A DNA stretch of 61,196 nt, filler included, from Sphacelaria rigidula (Eukaryota), in the NCBI GenBank assembly GCA_964200075.2. It is 10 parts of 10 records of this genome, joined end to end, with 100 filler letters (N's around TTAATTAATTAA, not from the genome) between each part and the next. Parts side by side here need not be neighbours in the genome. Positions count along the whole stretch, not along the records: positions 49,039 to 55,067 come from CAXNAA020022696.1; positions 55,168 to 61,196 come from CAXNAA020022697.1; 8 more parts are not named here. One strand, given 5' to 3'. A program made the translations under genes and the position numbers. Shown here piece after piece: positions 51,716 to 61,196 of this stretch (position 1 is its first letter; the number at the start of each line of letters is the position of its first letter). The notes below the pieces were generated by a model that was not told where the DNA came from, searched no databases, and was given only the letters and a program-made list of their open reading frames with translations.

Positions 51716-52946
51716 TTGTGGCCCTTCCCGCGAGGCTTGGTCCTATGGGCGAAGGCCCCGATCCTCTTCCGGGCATAATACGGGTCTTCATCCACGGATT
51801 CATCATCACCCCCCTTACTCCCAACCTTCCCCGCAGCGGCACTCTTCCAAAGATATGTACCGTCCATGACCCTTGGGACCACGGACGTTGCTGCCGCTCG
51901 AGGTCGAGAAGAAATCGATGCGTCTTCGCTAGACAGCTCCGCTCCCGCGGCAGCACCCGGTGCCATGAGCATGTCTCGGAAGGTTCCCCGTGGGGGCACA
52001 TTGCAGACGGTGTACGAAGATAGGTCGGCATCGGCCGAAGTAGCCATATCGGACGCGTCCACGTCACACCAAGACGACGCGCCGTCGATATCGTTTCCGG
52101 CGGCAGGGGCGGCGGAATCGGCGCCCACGGACACAACCTGCCAACCCTCCATTCCCCCCCTCACCTCACAAGAAGCGTCTGCAATCGCAACAGCGGCCGA
52201 GGCGTCAGCCGCATTGGGCGAAGGTTCGCTGTCCAGGCTGTTCCCGGTGATCGCCCATCGCAACCACCACCCCACCCTGGACACTCGATCTCGCGCCCCT
52301 GCACCGCCGGCGTCCCCAGCCACCCCGCTTGCCTCCTCCGAGGTCGCCACCGCTGCTGCGGCCTCGGCCACCGCCTCCTCGCAAGAAACGCCGCCGCTCA
52401 CCCCCCCAGCCTCGGGCTTCACTACTATGGGCGGGGCGAGGAATAGGTCGGGGGAGCGCAGTGGGGGGAAATGGGCATGGTCGGACACGCGGGGAGGTTC
52501 GCCGTCGCCACCCCCGTTCGCTGCCAAACACGCTGACTCGTTGGCTGTGAAAGACATCCCCAGATCAGAGCAGCGGGTCGGCTTCGCGCCTGCTGCCGAC
52601 GGTTCTCCGGAAAGAATAGCCTGCAGGGTAAGCACAATTGGGAGTCCCCTGCGCGAGTGTGGATCGCGGGAAACGGTGTCGTGTGCGGTATAGTCCATGC
52701 CATATTCCCCGTACGCCGCATCGCGTGCCCGAGATTGCTCCACCTCAGCCAGCAAGCGGCTCAGGTCGGTTCCTTCGAGATACGCGCTGAGGACTTCGTT
52801 GGTCTTCTTGGAGACGCTCTCGCCGGGCTTGCTTTGGTTGGTACTGGTGTTGCTGTTGTGGCTCGTGGAGGACTGACGCCCTGCACCGCCGTGTGGATTG
52901 TACGAGTAGGAGACGGTTCCTGGGTGGTTGTTAGGGTCGATTTCGC
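51716..52946 (-). CDS. Large internal exon (~410 aa) of an unknown low-complexity protein; more small exons likely near 53216-53343 and 53654-53908
   Basis: CAG|GCGAAATC acceptor, open frame GEIDPNNHPG…RGKGHK, AA|GTGAAG donor. Confidence 0.65.
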
Positions 52947-54159
52947 CTGACGGACAAGAGGAAAGGACACCGACAGATGGACGGACGGACGAACGGGGAT
53001 TAGGAATCGGCGTAAAGTTATCGCCCTTGCATTGTTGTGTCTTACTTGCGCAACCAAAAAGTAATCAAGGAGATACATTGCATAAGCACGGGGTTTCACT
53101 TTGCTGCAGTATCAACATACACATATACAGATAGAAATAGAAATATATATATATATATATGCCAGCAGCACCGCAACTTCCGACTGGTACTTGGGTAGGT
53201 TTAATCGTTTGTAACCGGAGGGTGATAGCTTCAAGATATTAAAAGTGCTGCCAGCAGGCGACGGGCTACGGCCCCGCGGCTTGCTCCTCTGGCGCGCGCA
53301 CGCTGTGCATTGTTCACGAGCAGTTGCCGCGGAGACGTTCATCTGCTGATAGCGGTTGGCTTCGTGGCGGATCAATTGGTTTGGTTGGAGCAATCGATGA
53401 GTCAATCAACCAATGAACAATGCATCGAGAGACCCCACCGAAAGAACAAAACCACGCGTTACTGGCGTATTAATAGTTGGTTTTGATCACATGTATCATT
53501 CTCTTGACCAAAGATCAGCCAGCAGAACGTGCCTGCCGTCGTTCGTGAGGGTGGGGCCTAAAGGGTTAAACTACGTAACTTAAAACTGTTCCGAGATCAA
53601 GATAACCATTACACCAAATGAGCCCTAGGTACAGTACAGTACAGTATTGCTCACCTGCCGGACCGAAGTAGGCCCACCCCGCCTTGTGGTTGAATAGAGC
53701 ACGGCAGCCGTTGTCTGCATCTCGAGAGGTACACGTGGACATCGACATGGCCGGCGTCGTGTGTGCCCAGCTCCTAGTGACTTCTCTTGCCTTCTGCTTG
53801 GGTTGACGCACTATGCTTGTCTGTATGGTGTGGGGTTCGGGTTGTCACTCCGGCTGTCAACGCGAGCTCTCGATCCAAGTGTCTCCCAAGTCTCTTGAAC
53901 CTGGCGTCTGCACGACCAGCGAAGCAAAGTGAGGAATACATGAGCTAGTCTTGATATAGACTAAGATGAGTGCGCGTAGTACTTGCTAGGTTATCATGTC
54001 TTTTTTCTGTGGTGTCGAACGGTAGCCGAATGGTATTCATTTTTACCCTTTGAAGACGTACGCGAACGATATGAAGACAAGCAGCAAGCAGATCGTTCGT
54101 GATCAACCCTTGGAGACCGGGCCTCCTTTCGGAACAATATCATCGGTGGACAGTCCTCC

Positions 54160-54450
54160 CGCGCCCCCGGTGGTGTAATGGTCCGACTGTCGCCAGTAGG
54201 GTGGGAATAACGGGCGTTCGATTCCCGAAGCGCTGGTTTTTTTCCTCATAATATATGATTTCCACCGTGGAGAGCGAGAATGTCAGTAAACAAAGTAGTC
54301 GACTGAGTTTGTTAGACGTGAGTTGACGCAGTGCGGTAGTCATGATCCAGCCCGCGAGACCAAAATGCAAGGCATGTACCGGGGGAGAGATGGGATGATC
54401 CATTGAGACCACGGACTCGTCCCGAAGAAGGGGAGGGGTTTGAAAGGTGC
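54160..54450 (+). mobile_element. SINE family B, clearest tRNA-like head
   Basis: A box TGGTGTAATGG and B box GTTCGATTCC; conserved 3' tail. Confidence 0.82.
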
Positions 54451-54716
54451 CACAAAAAAAAAAGTCCGGCAGAAGAAGTGCACATCATGTTGCCGTGATG
54501 TGACGTTTGGAACACACCGCACAGTTGTCTGTATGGGATGTAGATGCCTGAAACAGTCAAGTACAGTGGTCCGCCATCGCTTTCCTTCCGTCTAAGTTGC
54601 ACACGGCTGCCATCACGCCCTGGCCCGCAAAGCCCGCTGGGCAAATGTGATGTTGGACATACCTCATGGGCCTTTTGCTCGGTTGGACCTTCGCCACCGG
54701 GTTGTCCATCTATCTA

Positions 54717-55067
54717 CGAGCTGGGCCAGCCTAGAGGCTGCATGAACATTTGCAGGCGGATGCGCCGGGCAATATTTGGAGTTAGACCCTGAAATTCGGT
54801 ATGGATGGTGCACAGGGCATAATAAAAAATCGAGAAGAAGCACATGAAGTTTTTTTCTTTTTTCCGTGAGTTATGGGCGTTTTGCTGAAACCTGAAAATT
54901 GATTACTGGCCTTAACTCACGAAAAAAAAAAAACTTCATGTGCTTCTCCCCGATTTTTTATTATGCTCCATGCATTGTCCATACCAAATTTCAGGGTCCA
55001 ACTCTAAATATTGCACGGCGCATTCGCCTTTAGAGAATCAGATCGGTAGAAATTCGGAACAGTATTT
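54717..55067. mobile_element. Partial, inverted copy of the Tc1/mariner-like hairpin element
   Basis: TA|CGAGCTGGGCCAGCC; hairpin 54755-55028. Confidence 0.82.
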
Positions 55068-55342
55068 NNNNNNNNNNNNNNNNNNNNNNNNNNNNNNNNN
55101 NNNNNNNNNNNTTAATTAATTAANNNNNNNNNNNNNNNNNNNNNNNNNNNNNNNNNNNNNNNNNNNNGTCTCAACAGTACGATGTTGCGTATGCCGACCT
55201 GGGGGGGGGGGCCCGGGCGAAGGGTCGCGGCCGCCCCGGTGGCGCGGGGGATCTTCCTTTACGCTTGGTTTATGTTCCGTGTGTCCTCGATATGCGATGC
55301 AGTAGACATCTCACGTGAACACAGCTCTATACTGAAACGAGC

Positions 55343-55498
55343 TGAATACGGAAGGTTCTTCTGAATACAAAAATACTGACCAAAGTGAAGGCAGGCAGGC
55401 GCTCAAGGCAAAACACAGCTTCATGTTGAATCAAGATGAATACGGAAGGTTCTTCTCAATACAAAAATACTGGTCAAAGTGAAGGAAGATGCTCAAGG
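55343..55498. repeat. Short direct duplication, ~95-bp period
   Basis: tgaatacggaaggttcttct.aatacaaaaatactg…caaagtgaagg twice. Confidence 0.85.
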
Positions 55499-58129
55499 TA
55501 GGGAGGGCACTAGCTAGTACCAACGTACCGTAGGGGAAACCCCGGATCTAAAGAGTACTATACACTACTGATCTTCCCAGGGTCCCGCGGTACTAACTTT
55601 CGGAACTTTATCTAGTGACTCCCCTCGCCGGGGTGTCTTCAGTGGTACCGACTGTACAGAGCCGTAACTGTGCTCTTCATCAACAAATTTTACATGATCC
55701 AGATCGCGAATGTCCCGGCCACAGCAGGTCGCACAAAGGGGAGAAGAGACCCACCTGAACCCGACACCATGAATCACACGTGCATGAACGAATAACCCCC
55801 CGGTAAAGAAAAAAAACAATCAACGTGGACCAACATGAACACAGGTGCACACACGAACTCACCACCACCAACAAAGGAACACAAGAGACGCTGATACACA
55901 GACAGACGCCATGATAATATATGCACGATACAACCATACATCAAAGCGTTTCAGACAGACATGTAGTACCATGACACACATGAACAGATAAAATGCAACA
56001 TACAACACAACACAGGAAATCGTCATATAATAGAAACGGAACACACCGGCCTACTCCCACAAAGCCTCGTAACCATTGCAACATGTCGCATCCGTCCAAG
56101 CCTAATACCACCAACCAAGAGGAGACGACTGCATGATCCTATAGCAGACTGCACATCACCACAAGAAGGGCGCAAATCGCTCCCACTGGGACTGGCGTTG
56201 TAAAAACGCAATACCCTCAACACAAATTCACAGCCTCGCTAGCCAGGACTACACACAAAACGTAACGGAAGCGGGAAGGACACGGATACTCTGCTCTCTC
56301 AAATAGAACGGCTGGTATGTGGCAGTAAGTACGGGTGATCACAAATATGTGTGCCCCGATATGTCTGCGCTCAACAACCTCGCCCACTCAAGGCACAAGT
56401 GGCCAGCACTTCATCTCCGGACAACACTTTCTACGATTGCCCCCCCTCCGCCCTCGCAAAATAGTGGCTGGTTTGGGGAGGCAAAATCTACAAGTAAATC
56501 GAAATGAACAAAAAACGGTAGAAGCGAGCAGCTGGGAATTTTCACGCTTGGGTTCGTTTTCGCCAATGTCGCCCATATGAGGCGCTTCATGCAGTCTGAT
56601 GAGAAACATAGAGGGTTGTATGACCATTTTTTATTCATTTTTTTTTTTTTTTTTGGGGGGGGGTATTTTAAAGATGGGCGATTCCAGCAGAACAGCCCGG
56701 GTCCCAGATGCACACTAGTAAATGTGTCCACTTTCAAAGATAGATCTAAACAGCATGCATGCACGTGCGGAGACAAAATCATGCGGTTCTCCATTTGAAG
56801 CAAAAAAAATGAAAACATTTCAACACAGATATTGCATCGCTTGTTCGATGACCTAATAGCGCCGAGTACCAATCACGTCATACCGCCCACGTTTCAAGCT
56901 AAAACTGCACCTAGAACACCAGAGGAACTACATCGCTAGTAACGTCACTGTGCATATTTTCATTACGGAACCCAACCTTGATCAACGAAGAAACAATACA
57001 AGAGATACACTAAACCACACGCAGCGTTGAGGGTGGCTTTTTCTCCGAAAAAATGAAGTCGTGGACTATCATATACATATAATCAAAAACAGCCGGAGTT
57101 GGAGTGTGCAATCGATCGTCGACACACGATCAAGAATATCCTCTCAGCGATAAAACTCCGGAAAATCTCGCGCGAAGAACAACACTTCGAACAAGACGAA
57201 ACAAAAATGTAGACGGCTGTCCCATTACCGACGACACAAGCTCAACTTCAAAGCAAAAGCTCGGCTGCGACGCAACGGGGGGGGGGGGGGGGGGGGGGGG
57301 GGGGGTGGAGGGGGATTAAAAAGAGAAAACTTGCAAAATTTCGAACATACGACCGGGAGGTTTCCAGGATACGCACAGAGGATCTCCAATTACGTGCTCA
57401 ACAGACACTTCCTCACCGGTGCCCACGGATACCCGGTCTTCAAACTCCTCGGTCAACGGTCTAACTACCAACGTATGCAATAGATGAATAGTGTACACAA
57501 CCCGCTCCGCCCGTCAGACAATTCGGCCGCCTACTGGCTTGCTGCCGTTACAAAAACATTTCTTCGTCAAACTCCCGAGGTATGTGGGAACGGGGGTGGC
57601 GGGAAGCACCGCGGGGTTCACTACACCCAGCACCACTTCAGGATATACCACTGGCGGAGCGTGAGTCGCATGATGCGCGCGCTCCCAACTCCCCTCACAT
57701 CGAGGAAATAATGTACTTGCTTCCGTCACCAGCGCATCACCTTCCCTTTCCTCTTTTGCTCAGGGGTGGGCACAACGGGAAATTGTTGGAAGGGCGATTT
57801 CCTCGTGAATTCAGGTTAACTTCGCTGGCGACATCCTCGTACTACTTTCGTGGATTCAATCACCTACTCGATGCTGTGACACCGTACCCTGGCTGCAACA
57901 TTCTCACACATCCGGAGCGTTCTCTCCAGCAGGAGCTCACCCGCCATATCTAATCCCACTCTTCTGGCCACCACCAGACCCGTCCCCCAAACCATCATCT
58001 ATTTGCCGCCTGGAGCCCCCATCTACGGGGCTTGAAACCTCAGCCAGATTCTACCGCGGTGCGGACTGTCCATATCCTCGACCCGCACCTCCGTCCGCCG
58101 CCACTGGCCGTGGAACCCCGCTTCCGTCT

Positions 58130-61093
58130 TTACTGGCTACTCTCGTAGTTTTGGCTTCTCGATCGGCCTTCTTGGTGCTGATCGGTCCCACCGCGACCAC
58201 GGGAACGACTTCTGCCGCCATCGCCTCGCGGGTGCTGCGCCTGCTGCTGTTGTTGATCCTCCCGCTGCCGGCGAACTACCTGCACACGTCGTGGTCCGCT
58301 TGTTCTGCGGGTGGACGATGGGTCCCGCTGCTGCTGGCCATCTTCTGACACCCCCCGTCCCGCTGCCGCCGCCGCCGCATCGCGGCGGCTCTCCGACCTT
58401 CCCCGCTCGTTCAAAGAACCGTGACGACCTCTGACTTCCTGATTACTCCGTCCCCGAGGCTTAACCATCGCATCGTACGTCGGCGGGTGGTCATCACCAC
58501 GGGGGCGGCTCACTGAAGCACTGCGTCTCTGGTCTCCGCCTTTCACCGCCGTCCCCCGCCTGTCCTCGCTGCGGCCACGCTCCTGGAACCCTCGCGAGGT
58601 GTCCGCGCGCTGACGATGGGCGTTCCCTCTCCCCGAGCCAATGTGCTCCTCCCCACCGGAAAACTTCCCCTGCTGGTGGTTGTTGTTGCTGCCCACGCGA
58701 TGCCTATCGTTGGACAACAAGATCCGTCCTGCGTCAGCCGGGGGTTCACTCTCGCCACTTCGGGCGTTTCGCCGTTGAGGCTCCTTGCTCCTTTCTTGTC
58801 CTCCATCTTCCCGTCCCCCGCGGTGTGTACCCCTGCCGTTGCCACTGCCCTGCTGTGGCCTTCTCCTGCCAGCCTGCGGTTCTCGGCTCTGGTCTCTCGG
58901 ACTCCGGCTCCTCTGCCTCCCTCCATCTTCACGTCCCCGGGGCTTCTCGTTTCTGTGCCTCTCCAACCCCTTTGAGTCGACCCCGCTGTGGTGACCGTTA
59001 CCGCCGCCCTGTTCGGGTCTCTTCCTGGCCACATTGTGTTCCCGGCTCAGGTTTGTCGGGCTTCGGCTCCGCTGCTGCTCTCTATTTTCACGCCGCCGGG
59101 GCATCGCCGTTCCGTGTCCATCAACTTTCTCGTCGACTTTGTCGCGATGCCCACGGTCGCTGCCGCCGCGGCCGCCGTACCCCCGGCGACCGTCTCTGGC
59201 GGAAACAACGGTCACTTTGACTTTGGGAACGGGCGCATTACGGTCGGGCGACGGGGGCAGCGGCTGCTCCACCCAGCCTTCCAGTCCATCGTCATTCGCG
59301 ATACTCGAGCTCCTCCTGCTACCGACGCTCTTGAGGGCTTGTATCACGCTTTTGGGCCCCCGACTTTTCTCCCCCTGCACCATATCGTGGTACTCTTCGA
59401 GTCCAACCGGCTCGGCAATGACCTCGCAGGACTCGGCCCTCACGTGGTCGTACGCCCCAATGTCCATGAAGGCCGTCGCGTCTGAACCCCCGCTCCACTT
59501 ATCGCTCTGCTCATCGCCTCGCTTGGCGCGCCGGTTATGACCACTGCTGTTAGCAACTTGGGCGGTCGAATACGGCGCAATCTCGACGGCGTTTCCCGCT
59601 TCCATATCCACCTCTCTTGCGGTGGCCGCGAGGTCGCGCGATCCCGATTTCCTTTTTGACTTCTTTCCGGCGGGGCCGTCTGAACCCCCTTTGCCATCGG
59701 GCACCCACAGCGCCGCTTTAGGGTCTGTAACCGACGACGACCGGGGTTCGGCGTCTACCGCAGACGCACGGCCGCCGCCATACTGGAGAGGGGGGGTGGT
59801 GTCGGGAGAGGTGTCTCCGCTGTTCGCATAACCTCCATAGATCGCGGTCGAGCGCACTTTCTCCGCATGAGCTATTCGCGATTTCTGGGGGTAAAACGGC
59901 CGGTACGTGCAGCGCGCGCAGGTGAGGGAAAAGGGAAGAGGCAGTTAAGAGACGGGACAGTAGACAAAATGTTCACCTACAAAAGGATTATTGCCCTTCA
60001 CCTACAGCTCAGCCTTGAGAGAAAATGTTCACGTTTCGCAACACTCTTGACAGAAGATGAATAAAAGTCGCAAAAAACGCTCGAACTGAGTTGAACAAGG
60101 GGTAAAACGCCGGTACACAAGGGCGCATCTCCGAGCCTGCTTCCGATCGACGGCGCCTGTTGTTTGTACTTGTCTACAAGACTCACATCTTTGGATATGC
60201 TGCACCCAAGGCAGCAGGCACACATTAAACAAAGCACGATCACGCCACTAAGTCCGCCCATGACTGGCAATCCGCCATCCCAGTAGTACGCCTCCACCTC
60301 CTCCAGAATGGTGGGTCCTGGTGCAGGCGCTGCAGTCTCCATGAACCCTTCCTGGCACGTTACTCCCGCAGTCTCAGCGACGCAGCACGGACAGATTGTC
60401 CTGACGATATAATGTCAAGTCAACGGAAAAGCCAAATAGTCCATCGATTGATTGATGTGCTGGTTGATTCGTAGTGTAGTCATACAGATTCCAACCTGCT
60501 GAGAATCCAGCCATGGTCACCAGGTAAAACGAAACGGACAGTACCCCAGCCGCATGCATGGCTTTAGCAGAAAACAAAATAAGTAAGGCAGTGGAAGGAG
60601 GATGCGGGAATCAGCTACATCTGCAAAATCGCACTTTAATGCAAACAAGAAAAAAAAAAAAAGAGAGTAAAAATCCACCCATGACGACAGGTTTCGCCTG
60701 TCGACTTGAGAACGCAAAACAGAGCTAGCTCTACTACTTTTTACCGGATGATTTTCAACTCAAAGCGATGAGACAGACCCCAGTCCCTCACCAGTCAGGA
60801 TACCGCTTATCGGGGAAGTCCAGCAGAAACGTGTCCGTGTTTATAAAGCAAAGCCGGCACACTTGCACTCCACCTCCTCCACACCCTGTTACTCCGTCCC
60901 CCCCCTCCAGGCACGTCTCGTCATAGTAAATGCCCACGCTAGGACCGGACACTTCATCGAAGCCGTCATCCAGATCCACGCAAGCCGTATCCGATGGAAG
61001 GGTACAGTAGTCGCCAGCGTCCGTAACGGCTGTCGCGTCCGGTGGACCGTCCGCATTTGAGTCATCCACAGTCGTGCACTCTCCCTCGTAGAC
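58130..61093 (-). CDS. Single-pass membrane protein, 5'-partial: Cys-rich ectodomain, TM helix, ~585-aa Arg/Gly/Ser-rich tail; exons 60792-61093, 60187-60400, 58130-59884
   Basis: Phase-compatible GT-AG joins give GIYYDETCLEGGDGVTGCGGGGVQVCRLCF…DW|TICPCCV…GLSGVIVLCLMCACCLGCSISKD|KSRIAHAEKV…. Confidence 0.8.
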
Positions 61094-61111
61094 CTGGGTC
61101 AAGGAAAGGGT

Positions 61112-61154
<43 letters not shown>

Positions 61155-61196
61155 CTCTGAACAAAGACCTTTTTTTTTCTTTCAAAAACCGCCCGG

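Noticed and set aside
51866..52693. Long plus-strand ORF (also antisense ORFs over 20365-21397, 28272-29082, 58616-59540)
   Set aside because: Shadow ORFs of GC-rich exons on the opposite strand.
54160..54235. tRNA gene (also 19400-19470, 22730-22810, 5450-5511)
   Set aside because: A/B boxes are present but there is no convincing cloverleaf; most run into SINE bodies, and 5450-5511 is only a tentative SINE head.
6031..55167. Regular ~6.1-kb periodic TTAATTAATTAA palindrome
   Set aside because: Artificial spacer between size-sorted contigs; no cross-contig gene neighbourhood can be inferred.

Overview
This is not a continuous locus. It is ten unrelated contigs of 6030/6029 bp, apparently size-sorted, joined by artificial 100-nt N-TTAATTAATTAA-N spacers. 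Contigs: 1-6030, 6131-12160, 12261-18290, 18391-24420, 24521-30550, 30651-36680, 36781-42809, 42910-48938, 49039-55067, 55168-61196. The DNA is eukaryotic, intron-rich and very repeat-dense; its style suggests a brown alga or related stramenopile (inference). Host gene fragments: an RBBP5/Swd1-like WD40 protein, one exon of serine palmitoyltransferase LCB1, a Cys-rich single-pass membrane protein, and three low-complexity unknown genes. Mobile DNA: (1) a 9-exon spliced Sola-like/DUF7869-type DDD transposase gene, frameshifted, with a 22-nt micro-exon and an intronic foldback; (2) a recurrent ~210-bp TGT...ACA MITE with 5-bp TSD that carries TTAGGG repeats; (3) a complete internally deleted Ty1/copia element with three nested insertions; (4) a decayed copia pol; (5) at least two tRNA-derived SINE families; (6) a TA-flanked non-autonomous element whose internal hairpin covaries between copies; (7) hAT-like and foldback MITEs. 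All homology calls come from motif recognition by eye, not from database searches.
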